Shown: positions 51,498-61,117, numbered from the stretch's first letter. The stretch: 64,000 nucleotides of DNA from Planctomycetota bacterium (GCA_030066775.1 JASJAY010000003.1:53-64052), one strand, 5' to 3'. Program-made: numbers and translations. The notes: generated from the sequence alone by a model not told the origin.

Positions 51498-52796
51498 CCT
51501 ATGCTCCTCGGCATGCATCCCCTCGTCTCCGACCTGCTTGCCTACATCGATGCCTCGCCGACGCCCTACCACGCGGTGGCGGAAACCAGCCGGCGGCTCG
51601 AGGCCGCCGGGTACGCGCGCCTCGACGAGGGCGCGGCGTGGACGGTCGAGCCCGGTCAGCGCGGCCTGGTCGTCCGAGGCGGCAGCCTGATCGCCTTCGA
51701 GCGCGGGAGCCAGGACCCCGTCGAGGCGGGCTTCCGCCTGATCGGGGCGCACACGGACAGCCCCAACCTCCGCATCAAGCCGAACCCCGAGCGCACGGAG
51801 TACGGGATCCGGATCCTCGCCGCGGAGCCGTACGGCGGCGTGCTGCTGCATACCTGGCTCGACCGCGACCTGGGCCTGGCCGGCCGGGTGGTGGTCCGGG
51901 ACGCGGGCGGTGGAACGCGCACGGCGCTGGTGCGGATCGATCGCCCGATCCTGCGCGTGCCCAACCTCGCGATCCACCTGCAGCGCGAGCTCCGCACCGA
52001 AGGGCTCAAGCTCAATCGTCAGGATCACATGTCGCCCTTCTTCGGACTCTCGGGGCAGACGACGCTCGAGAGCGTGCTGCGGGATGCGATCGATGGGGAG
52101 GCCGGCGAGATCCTCTCGTGGGACCTGATGGTGTTCGACCTGACGCCCTCGAGCGTGGGCGGCGTGGATGACGCGTTCGTCTTCGCGCCGCGGCTGGACA
52201 ACCTCGCGTCGTGCCATGCGGGTCTCGCAGCGTTGACGACGGGGGGCGCCGGCGAGGTGCCGGCGTTCACGCGCGTGCTGGCGCTCTGGGACCACGAGGA
52301 GGTGGGCAGCCGGACGGCCTCGGGCGCGGGCGGGCCGTTCCTGCGGGACGTCCTGGAACGTCTGACGGCCCCCGGCGAGGCGTACGCGCGCGCCGTGTCG
52401 CGCTCGGCGCTCGTGTCCGCCGACATGGCGCACGCGGTCCATCCGCACTTCGCCGCACGCCACGATCCCCAGCACATGCCCAAGCTGGGCCAGGGACCCG
52501 TGATCAAGGTGAACACGAACCAGTCGTACGCGAGCGACGCGGAGACGATCGCGCTCTTCGCCGCCCTGTGCGACGACGTCGGCGTGGCCTACCAGCGATT
52601 CGTGAACCGCTCGGACCTCGCGTGCGGATCCACGATCGGTCCGATCACGGCGACGCGGCTCGGGATCCCGACCGTCGACGTGGGCAACCCGATGCTGTCG
52701 ATGCACAGCGCGCGCGAGATGTCGGCTGCCGATGACGTCGAGCCGATGGTGCGCGTGATGCGTGCGTTCTACGGAACGCAGGAGGATCCGGCATGA
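51498..52796 (+). CDS. apeB: M18 family aminopeptidase (aspartyl aminopeptidase-like)
   Basis: It starts at MLLGMHPLVSDLLAYIDASPTPYHAV and carries LIGAHTDSPNLRIKP and IPTVDVGNPMLSMHSARE. An alternative start is MECDPRPP at 51477. Confidence 0.8.
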   Translation, partial: PMLLGMHPLVSDLLAYIDASPTPYHAVAETSRRLEAAGYARLDEGAAWTVEPGQRGLVVRGGSLIAFERGSQDPVEAGFRLIGAHTDSPNLRIKPNPERTEYGIRILAAEPYGGVLLHTWLDRDLGLAGRVVVRDAGGGTRTALVRIDRPILRVPNLAIHLQRELRTEGLKLNRQDHMSPFFGLSGQTTLESVLRDAIDGEAGEILSWDLMVFDLTPSSVGGVDDAFVFAPRLDNLASCHAGLAALTTGGAGEVPAFTRVLALWDHEEVGSRTASGAGGPFLRDVLERLTAPGEAYARAVSRSALVSADMAHAVHPHFAARHDPQHMPKLGQGPVIKVNTNQSYASDAETIALFAALCDDVGVAYQRFVNRSDLACGSTIGPITATRLGIPTVDVGNPMLSMHSAREMSAADDVEPMVRVMRAFYGTQEDPA

Positions 52797-53461
52797 GCGA
52801 CCTTCATCCTTCGACCGCGCGCGTGCGCGACATCTTCGACGACTGGGCCAGGCGGGGCCGCGCCGAGGGCATGGAGACCGGGCACGGTCCGAGTGCACGT
52901 GCCGGGATCGAGCATCTGGACCTGGGTGAGGGCAGCCACTACCTCGACATCGGATGTGGCAACGGCTACACGCTGCGCTGGGTGTCCGCCGGCGTGGGCG
53001 CGGACGGGCGAGCCGTCGGGATCGACGTTGCCCCCGCGATGGTCGAGCGGGCGCGTGCGTTGTCGTCCGCCTTCGAGAACGTCGAGGTGCTGCTGACGGC
53101 CTTTCCCGCGCATCCGTTCGAGGCGGGGACGTTCGACGGCATCTTCTCGATGGAGGTCCTCTACTACCTGCCGGACCTTCCGGGTGCGCTGGCGGAGATC
53201 CGTCAGCTGCTGAAGCCCGGGGGGCGCTTCGCGTGCGTGGTCGACTACTACGCCGAGAACCCCGAGAGCCACGACTGGCCCGAGCAGCTGGGCTGCGACA
53301 TGGCGCTCTTGAGCGAAGCCGAGTGGGGGGCGGCCTTCGAGGCCGCCGGGCTCGAGGTGGTGGCCCAGGAGCGGGTCCGCTATCCGCTCGCGGAGGGCGC
53401 CGAGCCGGGCTGGAAGCAGACGATCGGCTCGCTCCTCACCGTAGGCCAGCGCCCCTCCTGA
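52793..53461 (+). CDS. Class I SAM-dependent methyltransferase
   Basis: 222 aa. Motif I is YLDIGCGNGY. Its start overlaps the aminopeptidase stop (ATGA). Confidence 0.75.
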   Translation: MSDLHPSTARVRDIFDDWARRGRAEGMETGHGPSARAGIEHLDLGEGSHYLDIGCGNGYTLRWVSAGVGADGRAVGIDVAPAMVERARALSSAFENVEVLLTAFPAHPFEAGTFDGIFSMEVLYYLPDLPGALAEIRQLLKPGGRFACVVDYYAENPESHDWPEQLGCDMALLSEAEWGAAFEAAGLEVVAQERVRYPLAEGAEPGWKQTIGSLLTVGQRPS

Positions 53462-53517
53462 GCCCTATTTGTTGGGATTTGGGCCCGATCTGGGGTCCAG
53501 GTCGGGCGACTGTCGGA

Positions 53518-53550
53518 CCTGATCGTTAGTGTATTGTTATGACGATCAGG
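53518..53550. promoter_or_regulatory. Perfect 9-bp inverted repeat enclosing the start codon of the HNH gene
   Basis: The sequence is CCTGATCGT-tagtgtattgttATG-ACGATCAGG. The loop is the only AT-rich patch for kilobases and contains the ATG at 53539. Confidence 0.4.
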
Positions 53551-54648
53551 GTCGACCACCGGACCATCGACGCCACGCGGATCGAGGGCGCCTCGCGCTC
53601 GCTCCGTGCCGTGGCCGGTGACCTGCTCGATGCGAAGCTGCGGATGGCGCGGCTGCTGGCGCAGATCGACGACGCGCGGCACTACCAGCTCGAGGGCTGC
53701 GCCTCGATCGGCGAATACGCCGCGCGCTTCGGCATCTCGCGCGTGGAGGCCGTTGGGCTGTGCGACCTGGGGCGCGCGTTGCGCGACCACGCCGATCTCG
53801 AGAAGGCGCTGCGTTCCGGCAAGACCGACAGCGTGCGCGCCTCGACCGTGGCGCGCGTGTTGGCGAACCCGGCCCTGGTGAAGCCCGGCGACGAGTGGGT
53901 GCGCCATGCGTGCGCCGATGCGCTGCCCGCGCTCAAGCGTCGGGTGAAGGCACGGATCGACGAGTTCGCGCAGCAGGCAACGGGCGTCGTCGAGCTCAGC
54001 CTGCACGTGCGCGAGGAGACGAAGAAGGACTTCCTGCGCGCGCGCGATCTTGCCTCGCGCAAGGAGAAGCAGGCCCTGACGCACGGCCAGGCCTTCCACC
54101 GCATCGTCCACTTCTATCTCGACAAGAACGACCCGCTGCGTGCGAAGCCCCGCAAGCGCCGCGTCCCCGATACCGCCACGCGGCCGGACTCACGCTACGT
54201 GCCGGCCGAGGTGGTGCGCGCCGTGCTCGAGCGCAGTGGCGGTCAGTGCGAGTTCCCCGGGTGCGAGAACCGGATCTTCACCGAGCTCGGACACATCGTT
54301 CCGCATGCCTGCGGCAGCGGCCGCGAAGCGGACGACTTCTTCCACTTCTGCAGCATCCATCACAAGCTCTACGACGCGCGCCTCATCCGCTTCGTGGGGG
54401 GGACCGTGGAGGCGCCCATCTTCTGGGTGAAGGGCGTCGGCACCGTCTGCGCCGACACGCTCGGAGCCGTGAAGACGACGCGCTCGCCTTCCGGGCCGCC
54501 TGGTGCCAACGGAGGCGGTGGCCGCACGGCCCCGCGGAAGATCGATCCAAACGGTGACCCGCCACCTGCGGTGGCCGAGCGGGGCGCCTTTCGGCGCCGA
54601 GGGGACGGGCGCTATCCGCTCTTCGAGAGCGCCTTCGTGCACTGCTGA
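53539..54648 (+). CDS. DUF222 + HNH endonuclease domain protein
   Basis: 369 aa. The HNH core reads CEFPGCENRIFTELGHIVPHACGSGREADDFFHFCSIHHKL. The N-terminal DUF222-like region begins LLAQIDDARHYQLEG. Confidence 0.7.
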   Translation: MTIRVDHRTIDATRIEGASRSLRAVAGDLLDAKLRMARLLAQIDDARHYQLEGCASIGEYAARFGISRVEAVGLCDLGRALRDHADLEKALRSGKTDSVRASTVARVLANPALVKPGDEWVRHACADALPALKRRVKARIDEFAQQATGVVELSLHVREETKKDFLRARDLASRKEKQALTHGQAFHRIVHFYLDKNDPLRAKPRKRRVPDTATRPDSRYVPAEVVRAVLERSGGQCEFPGCENRIFTELGHIVPHACGSGREADDFFHFCSIHHKLYDARLIRFVGGTVEAPIFWVKGVGTVCADTLGAVKTTRSPSGPPGANGGGGRTAPRKIDPNGDPPPAVAERGAFRRRGDGRYPLFESAFVHC

Positions 54649-54768
54649 GAGCCGCGGTAGCGGCGTCCTGGACACGGTTTGCCGGGCCCGCCGGTACCGT
54701 CAGGGCCCTGAGTGGACGCATCTCTCCGCCGCCCTACGGTACGGATCCGCACGTGACGGAGCCGGCCG

Positions 54769-56430
54769 ATGGCACAACCGCTAATTCCCTCCCGCTTCCA
54801 GCCGACGCTGCCCGATGAGCGCCTGCTGATCCGCGAGAAGCCCGACGAAGAAGAAGCCATCCCCATGGATGTCGTCTTCGTGGGCGGCGGCCCGGGGGGA
54901 CTGGCGGGGGCCATCGAGCTCGCGCGCTTGGTCAAGCAGGACAACGAGAGCGGTGGGGGCATCGGCGAGGTCGAGATCGCCGTGCTCGAAAAGGCCGAGG
55001 AGCTCGGCAACCACAACCTCTCGGGGGCGGTGATCAACCCGCGCGCGATCCGGGAGCTGTTCCCCGATCTGGCGGACAAGGACTTCCCGTTCCGCACGCA
55101 GGTCGACAAGGAGCGCGTCTACCTCCTGACCAAGAAGCGGGCATGGCGCATCCCGACGCCGCCGCCGATGAAGAACCACGGCAACTACATCGCGTCGATC
55201 AGCGAGGTCGTGCGGTGGCTCGGGGAGCAGGCCGAGGGGTTGGGCGTCAACGTCTTCCCCGGCTATCCCGTCGAGTCGCTGCTCGTGGAAGGCGACCGGG
55301 TCGTGGGCGTGCGCACCGTTCCCTCCGGTTTGGACCGCGAAGGCAAGCCGGGGCCGGCGTTCGAGCCGGCGGGCGACATCACCGCGCAGGTGGTCGCCCT
55401 TTCCGAGGGCACGCGCGGACCGCTCACGCAGGCATGGCGTGAGTGGCAGGGCGTCGAGTCTCCGAACCCGCAGATCTACGCCCTCGGCGTCAAGGAGCTC
55501 TGGGAGACGAAGGAGCCGTTCGAGGGCGTCGTGCACACGCTCGGCTGGCCCCTGCCCAAGAGCGCGTTCGGCGGGAGCTTCCTCTACGCGCTCGAGCCGA
55601 ACCTCGTCGCGCTCGGGCTGGTCGTCGGCATGGACTACCGCGACCGCGGCCTCGACGTGCACATGAAGCTGCAGGAGCTCAAGACGCATCCGTTCGTGCA
55701 GAAGATCCTCGATGGCGGCGAGATGCTCGAGTGGGGGGCCAAGACGATCCCCGAGGGCGGCTTCTACGCGCTCACCGAGCGGCGTCACAGCGACGGCCTC
55801 GTCGTGCTGGGCGATGCCGCCGGGATGGTCGAGGTGGCCTCGCTCAAGGGCATCCACTACGCGATGCAGTCGGGCATCTACGCAGCACGCGCCATATTCC
55901 AGGCGCTCAAGAAGGGCGATACGTCCTCCGCGACGCTCAAGGCCTACGACGACGCCTTCATGGAGAGCTACGTCCGCAAGGATCTGAAGAAGCGGCGCAA
56001 CATGCGCCTGGCCTTCAAGAGCGGGTTCCTGTGGGGCGCCTTCAAAGCCGTGCTGATGACGCTCACGGGCGGGTGGTTCCCGGGCTGGCGCATCAAGTCC
56101 GAGGAGGACGCTGCCGAGCCGCGCAAGGCGGGCGGCCAGTCCGAGCTCACCCCGGACAACAAGCTCACGTTCAGCAAGGTCGATGCGGTCTTCAAGTCCG
56201 GCAACCAGACGCGGGACGACATCCCCTCGCACTTGATCGTCGGGGAAGACGTGCCCGGGGACGTGGCGGATCTCTACGCCAGCATGTGCCCCGCCGGCGT
56301 CTACGAGCGCGACGGCGACAAGCTCGTCGTGAACCCGCCCAACTGCGTGGACTGCAAGGCCACCGACGTGATCGGCCCGCGCTGGACGCCGCGTGAAGGC
56401 GGCAGCGGCCCGCGCTACAAGCGCATGTAG
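54769..56430 (+). CDS. etfD: Electron-transfer flavoprotein:ubiquinone oxidoreductase (ETF-QO)
   Basis: 553 aa. The FAD-binding motif is VVFVGGGPGGLAGA. The C-terminal 4Fe-4S region reads CPAGVY...CVDCKATDV. The overall layout is that of ETF-QO. Confidence 0.85.
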   Translation: MAQPLIPSRFQPTLPDERLLIREKPDEEEAIPMDVVFVGGGPGGLAGAIELARLVKQDNESGGGIGEVEIAVLEKAEELGNHNLSGAVINPRAIRELFPDLADKDFPFRTQVDKERVYLLTKKRAWRIPTPPPMKNHGNYIASISEVVRWLGEQAEGLGVNVFPGYPVESLLVEGDRVVGVRTVPSGLDREGKPGPAFEPAGDITAQVVALSEGTRGPLTQAWREWQGVESPNPQIYALGVKELWETKEPFEGVVHTLGWPLPKSAFGGSFLYALEPNLVALGLVVGMDYRDRGLDVHMKLQELKTHPFVQKILDGGEMLEWGAKTIPEGGFYALTERRHSDGLVVLGDAAGMVEVASLKGIHYAMQSGIYAARAIFQALKKGDTSSATLKAYDDAFMESYVRKDLKKRRNMRLAFKSGFLWGAFKAVLMTLTGGWFPGWRIKSEEDAAEPRKAGGQSELTPDNKLTFSKVDAVFKSGNQTRDDIPSHLIVGEDVPGDVADLYASMCPAGVYERDGDKLVVNPPNCVDCKATDVIGPRWTPREGGSGPRYKRM

Positions 56431-56432
56431 CG

Positions 56433-56756
56433 ATGCTGCCGAGCATCACCCCTCAGGATCTCGCGACACGCCTCGCTGCCGAGGACGACGATCTCGTCCT
56501 GCTCGACTGTCGCGAGGCGCTCGAGCTGCAGATCGCGAGGATCGACGGCGCCCTGCACATCCCGATGCAGGAGATCCCGGGGCGTCTCGACGAGCTCGAT
56601 CGGGAGCAGCCCTACGCCGTCATCTGCCATCACGGCGTCCGCAGCTCGCACGTGGTCGCCTTCCTTGCCCAGCAGGGCTTCGGCAAGTGCCTCAACGTGG
56701 TGGGGGGGATCGACGCGTACGCGCGCTTCGTCGATCGCTCCATCCCGATCTACTAG
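56433..56756 (+). CDS. Rhodanese-like domain protein
   Basis: 107 aa. The active-site loop is VICHHGVRS. The gene lies 2 nt after the etfD stop. Confidence 0.7.
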   Translation: MLPSITPQDLATRLAAEDDDLVLLDCREALELQIARIDGALHIPMQEIPGRLDELDREQPYAVICHHGVRSSHVVAFLAQQGFGKCLNVVGGIDAYARFVDRSIPIY

Positions 56757-56787
56757 GCGCAACGCCCGCCTCTTCTAGGATGCGCCC

Positions 56788-57375
56788 ATGGGACGTCCCT
56801 GGCCCGACGCCGCTGTCGTTGCCGGCCCGCGCACGTATCTGCGCCCGCCGCGGGAGTCGGATCGCGTCCCCTTTCGGCAACTGGTCGAAGCCAGCCGCGC
56901 GTTCCTCGCCCCCTGGGAGCCGCTTGCACCGCCCGATGCGGGCCCCGACCACCGCTTCGAGCGCCTGCTGGCCGCCGACGACCGCAAGCGCAACCTCAAG
57001 CACTTCGTATGCAGCCTCGAGGACGATCGCCTGCTCGGCTGCATGAACGTCAACAACGTCGTACGCGGCGTCGGCCAGTACGCGAGCCTCGGCTATTGGA
57101 TCGGCGCGCCCCATGCGGGCCAGGGCTACATGACCGAGGCGCTGCAGCTGGCGCTCGCGTTCGTCTTCGGCCCGCTGCGGCTTCACCGCATCGAGGCCAA
57201 CGTCCGCCCTGAGAACGAGGCCTCCGTGGCGCTCGTGCAGCGCGCCGGCTTTCGTCTCGAGGGGCGCTCGCTTCGATACCTCAAGATCGCCGGCCAGTGG
57301 GCGGACCACGAGCGCTACGCGATGCTCGTCGACGAGTACGAACGACCGGCCTTCGTGCGACTGCCGCCGAATTGA
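56788..57375 (+). CDS. GNAT family N-acetyltransferase (RimJ/RimL-like)
   Basis: 195 aa. The acetyl-CoA motif region is LGYWIGAPHAGQGYMTEAL. The C-terminal LHRIEANVRPENEASVALVQRAGF is typical. Confidence 0.75.
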   Translation: MGRPWPDAAVVAGPRTYLRPPRESDRVPFRQLVEASRAFLAPWEPLAPPDAGPDHRFERLLAADDRKRNLKHFVCSLEDDRLLGCMNVNNVVRGVGQYASLGYWIGAPHAGQGYMTEALQLALAFVFGPLRLHRIEANVRPENEASVALVQRAGFRLEGRSLRYLKIAGQWADHERYAMLVDEYERPAFVRLPPN

Positions 57376-57402
57376 AAACCGGCGGCCTCGTGGCCGCCGG
57401 TT
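57372..57402. terminator. Hairpin terminator between convergent genes
   Basis: The sequence aaccggcggcc-tcgt-ggccgccggtt has a perfect 11-bp stem. For the minus-strand transcript it is followed by UUUUCAAU. It sits between the GNAT stop (57373-57375) and the end of the minus-strand gene (57429). Confidence 0.6.
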
Positions 57403-57428
57403 GTCGACTCGAAGGCGAACGCGACGGA

Positions 57429-58055
57429 CTAGGCCTTGGTCTCCTTCAGCTCGAACTTCAGGAGCTTGTCGCGCTTCGCGTTCATCTCCGTCTCGAGGGC
57501 ATCGAGTGCCTGGCGCTCCAGGGCGACGTCCTCGAGCGCCTCCTTGTCGTTCTCCGCTGTCAGCGTGGCTTCCTTGTTCGTCAGACGGCGACGCTTGTTG
57601 TTGATCTTGTCGAACTCGGTCAGGACCTTGAGCACGTCCTTGAGCGTGGTCTCGAAGTCGCTCTTGTAGGCCGCGTTCGCGAACGTCGTCATCGTCTCGA
57701 AGACCGTCTTCGTCGACATGCGCTTCATGTCGATGACCTCGATCGTCTTGGTGTCGCGCGAGACGAAGATGAAGCCGCGGTCCTGATCCTCCTCCCACTG
57801 CGCGGAGAGGATCTTGTCCTTGCGGACCTTGTCCGGCGCCATCTTGACGGTCTCGAAGGCCCACATGCCGATCGAGACCTTCTCGTCGATCAGCACGACC
57901 TTCTCGATCTTGTCGAACGGGCTGCTTTCTGTCCCGTCCGTCACATAGATCAGGACCGGCTTGGGAAGCAGGCGAGCCTTCGACGTACCGTCCTTGGCCG
58001 CTTCACTCTCACCCGCGGGGAGCTGCTCCACGCTGCCCCAGGTCTTGTTCAACAC
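57429..58055 (-). CDS. Hypothetical Lys/Glu-rich protein (GTG start in the track), possibly truncated form of a secreted protein
   Basis: 208 aa with GC around 60%, lower than the surroundings. A perfect signal peptide (MRKAMIFGLLMAAVGLLWAASAAQAGG, ATG at 58166) lies in the same frame upstream, separated by TGA-TGA (58080-58085). Confidence 0.45.
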   Translation of the reverse strand: MLNKTWGSVEQLPAGESEAAKDGTSKARLLPKPVLIYVTDGTESSPFDKIEKVVLIDEKVSIGMWAFETVKMAPDKVRKDKILSAQWEEDQDRGFIFVSRDTKTIEVIDMKRMSTKTVFETMTTFANAAYKSDFETTLKDVLKVLTEFDKINNKRRRLTNKEATLTAENDKEALEDVALERQALDALETEMNAKRDKLLKFELKETKA

Positions 58056-58316
58056 GGCCAGACTGGCCGGAGAACGGCCTCATCAGCCGCCTGCCTGGGC
58101 CGCGCTCGCGGCCCAAAGGAGTCCGACGGCCGCCATGAGCAGCCCGAAGATCATTGCCTTGCGCATGTCGCTGTCCTCGCCGCGTTCGAATCGCTGCGAG
58201 CGACCACGCGGGAAACTCAGCCTGATCGGCTGACGTACCTGAGCGTACGACGTCGACGCCCGGCTCCCGGTTTCATCGAGCTCTCGAGCCGCGTTGCCTT
58301 CGACCCCAACGGGCGC

Positions 58317-58976
58317 TTACGGAGGCGGCACCAGCAGGTCCAGCTCGAGCACCGGCCCGCCGATCAGGTTCGCGGCGATGAAGGCCGCGAAGTCGTCGTC
58401 GCCGTTGTTGTCCGTCTGGATGGGGAACGTGAAGCGGAAGTCGCTGGTCGTGCGCGCCTGGGCCAGGTCGAGAGCGACCTGCACGCCCACCCCGAGGGTG
58501 CGCTCGCCCGTCGTGGCGTCCATGGAGATCGTCCCGATGTTGAGGGCCAGCGAGTTGGCGCTGAAGTCGGCGTCATCGAGCATGGCGCCGGCGTCGATGT
58601 GATCCACCTGCAGGTTCGTGAGGAGGTCCGCGTAGGGCGTGCCCGTGGGCGCGACCTGGGTGATGCGGATCGTCGCCGACTGCACCTGCGCCCCGGCCGG
58701 GATCGTCGAGAGATCGAAGCGGACGAAGCCGCGCCGCCAGTTGTTGGCCGTGTCGTCACCGGCCTGGATCTGCGCGTTCGTCGTCACGGCGTAGGTCATC
58801 CCGGGGGTGACCTCGACGATGTGCCCCGTGAAGTCGCCATCCGGGCCGACCGTGATCGACTGCGGGATGGGGGTCGTGTCCTTGGAGCTGCCACCGCAGG
58901 CGGTGAGCGGCACCACGAGCAGGACCGCGGCCAGAAGCAGGGACACCCGCGCAGCGCGGGGGGAAACGATGGTCAT
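58317..58976 (-). CDS. Lipoprotein, hypothetical (paralogue A)
   Basis: Signal peptide plus lipobox LLLAAVLLVVPLTACGG. The shared block reads VDHIDAGAMLDDADFSANS. Confidence 0.55.
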   Translation of the reverse strand: MTIVSPRAARVSLLLAAVLLVVPLTACGGSSKDTTPIPQSITVGPDGDFTGHIVEVTPGMTYAVTTNAQIQAGDDTANNWRRGFVRFDLSTIPAGAQVQSATIRITQVAPTGTPYADLLTNLQVDHIDAGAMLDDADFSANSLALNIGTISMDATTGERTLGVGVQVALDLAQARTTSDFRFTFPIQTDNNGDDDFAAFIAANLIGGPVLELDLLVPPP

Positions 58977-59043
58977 GGTGACTCCTGTCGTCGTTCCAAG
59001 CCCGGGACCAGTGTCCCTGGAGGCGGCCCCATGTAAAGCACGC

Positions 59044-59661
59044 TCAGGGAACGGGGACCCGCACCGTGACCCGGACCCGCGGCGCGCTGCCCGTCACGCC
59101 GCTGTTCGGGGCGTCGTTCCAGATCGTGAAGTCCTCGGCCTGGTCGGCGTCCGATCCCGTTGCCATGCGAATGCGCAGATCGGTCCGGTCGCGCCCGGCA
59201 GCCAGATCGGCCAACACGAGCGCGGTGATGTCCAACGCCTTCTCCTCGATCGCCGGCGTGGTCGAGAGCACGCCGAAGTCCGCCGTCAGCGCCGCCGCGT
59301 CGAAGTCGGTCGCATCGAGGCCCGGGCCGAGGTCGACGTGGTCGATGACGGCATCGCCGAGGTCGGTATACGGAGCCCCGCGGATGCCCTCCTGCCCGAT
59401 CAAGAGGATCGCGCGCACGACCTCCGCCTCCGCCGGGAAGGCGGGATGGGGAAAGCGGTAGAACGCGCGCGCGACCTGATCGATGGCGTCATCGCCTGCG
59501 AGGGGGCGCTCGCCCTGCACGACGAACCCCGTGCTCGTGACGAACCCGTCCACGGTGACATCGCTCGGAACGACCTCCGTGAACTCCACGTGGGAGGGGC
59601 CGCCGCCGCCGCATGCTGCGAAGAGCACGGCGACCAGGGCAAGGGCACTCGAGCGCGTCAT
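59044..59661 (-). CDS. Lipoprotein, hypothetical (paralogue B)
   Basis: Signal peptide plus lipobox ALALVAVLFAACGGG. The block IDHVDLGPGLDATDFDAAA is shared with the neighbouring gene. Confidence 0.55.
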   Translation of the reverse strand: MTRSSALALVAVLFAACGGGGPSHVEFTEVVPSDVTVDGFVTSTGFVVQGERPLAGDDAIDQVARAFYRFPHPAFPAEAEVVRAILLIGQEGIRGAPYTDLGDAVIDHVDLGPGLDATDFDAAALTADFGVLSTTPAIEEKALDITALVLADLAAGRDRTDLRIRMATGSDADQAEDFTIWNDAPNSGVTGSAPRVRVTVRVPVP

Positions 59662-59710
59662 TCAGCCATGTCTATCCACGCCGCGTCGCCACCGGACGCG
59701 CGACCCGCCA

Positions 59711-61105
59711 CTATAGGAAGATCAGCACATAGCCGGTCGCGAGGACGATTTGCGCGATCGCGAACGGGAAGGCCAGCTTCACGAATCGCCCGAAGCTCAC
59801 GTTCAGCTCGTGCTTGTGCATGATCGTCACCGCCACGAGCGTCGACGCGCTGCCGATCGGCGTCAGGTTGCCGCCCAGGTTCGCGCCGAAGACCACCGCC
59901 CACCAGAGCGACGACGTGCTGGCGAGCCCGAGCCCGGTGAGGATCTTGGCCAGCATCGCGGCCAACGGGATGTTGTCCGTGACGGAGCTGAACACCGCCG
60001 CGCCGATCAGCAGGAGCCCCGTGCCCCAGAGCGGCCCGAGGTCGATCACGTGTTCGAGCACGGTGCCCAGCACCTGCAGCACGGCGGCTTCCTCCACCGC
60101 GTGGATGAAGATGAACAGCGCGATGAAGAAGCCGAGCAGGTCCCAGTCGATCGCCTTGTAGAAGCGATCCGCCGTCGCCTTGAAGCGCACCAGCATGATC
60201 GCGGCGAAGCCCAGGGCGACGTAGCCCATCCCCAGGTCGCGGATCACGGGCAGGATCGACGTCGTGGCGATCGTCAGGATGAACAGGATCGTCATCGCCG
60301 CGCCGAACCAGAAGAACGCCTTGCTCTCGATGCCGTCGTTCTCGTCGAAGCCCGAGACGAGCAGCTCGGCGTTGGCCCGCTCCTCGTCGCTCGAGAGCTT
60401 CTTGATCGCGAAGATGCGGGCGCCCATCCAGATCGTCAGCGCGGTTGCCACCGCGACGTAGGGCGCGGCCTTTACGAAGAAGGAGACGAAGCTGATGCCG
60501 GCTGCGTTGCCGACGATGATGTTCGGGACGGAGCTGATCAGCGTCAGCAGGCCCCCGATGTTCGTCAGCAGGCCCTCGGTGATGAGGAAGCCGAGGAGCT
60601 TGTCCCGTCGACCGAGCTTCGAGAGCGAGACGGCCGTCAACGATCCGACGATGATCATCGCCGTCACGTTGTTGAGCACGGCCGAGAACACGACGGTCAT
60701 CACGCCGTAGTACGTCAGGAGCTTCAGCGGATCCCCACCCGACGACTTCGTCAGCTTGATCGCGATCCACGTGAACAGCCCCGACCGCGAGGTGATGTCC
60801 ACGAAGAGGCTCGAGCCCAGGATGATCGCGATCACCTCCCAGTTGATCGAGGTGATGTAGATCGGGAGGACGAAGTCCACGTCGCCGGCGTGCACGCCCA
60901 CCGTGCCCGGGATCAGCTGCAGCACTTGGGCCAGAAAGAGCCCGACCAGCGCGAAGGCGCCCGCGATCACGGACTTCTTCGCGTGCAGCTTCTCCTCGAA
61001 CGCGAGGCACAGGATGAGACCGAGCAGCAGCGCGCCGAAGAGGACCGTGATCCAGGTGTCGACGTGGATCTCGGCGGCGGCGAGAAGGAGTTGGCTCGAG
61101 GGCAT
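59711..61105 (-). CDS. ArsB/NhaD superfamily permease
   Basis: 464 aa with about 12 TM helices. The two-repeat anion-permease architecture includes AMLAKILTGLG and GANLGGNLTPIGSASTLV. Confidence 0.75.
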   Translation of the reverse strand: MPSSQLLLAAAEIHVDTWITVLFGALLLGLILCLAFEEKLHAKKSVIAGAFALVGLFLAQVLQLIPGTVGVHAGDVDFVLPIYITSINWEVIAIILGSSLFVDITSRSGLFTWIAIKLTKSSGGDPLKLLTYYGVMTVVFSAVLNNVTAMIIVGSLTAVSLSKLGRRDKLLGFLITEGLLTNIGGLLTLISSVPNIIVGNAAGISFVSFFVKAAPYVAVATALTIWMGARIFAIKKLSSDEERANAELLVSGFDENDGIESKAFFWFGAAMTILFILTIATTSILPVIRDLGMGYVALGFAAIMLVRFKATADRFYKAIDWDLLGFFIALFIFIHAVEEAAVLQVLGTVLEHVIDLGPLWGTGLLLIGAAVFSSVTDNIPLAAMLAKILTGLGLASTSSLWWAVVFGANLGGNLTPIGSASTLVAVTIMHKHELNVSFGRFVKLAFPFAIAQIVLATGYVLIFL

Positions 61106-61117
61106 CGGGGACTCCGC

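Noticed and set aside
53539-54648. HNH endonuclease gene as a mobile element
   Set aside because: DUF222-HNH genes are stand-alone. The flank carries no terminal inverted repeats, integrase or target-site duplication, apart from the single start-codon palindrome. I call it a CDS, not a mobile element.
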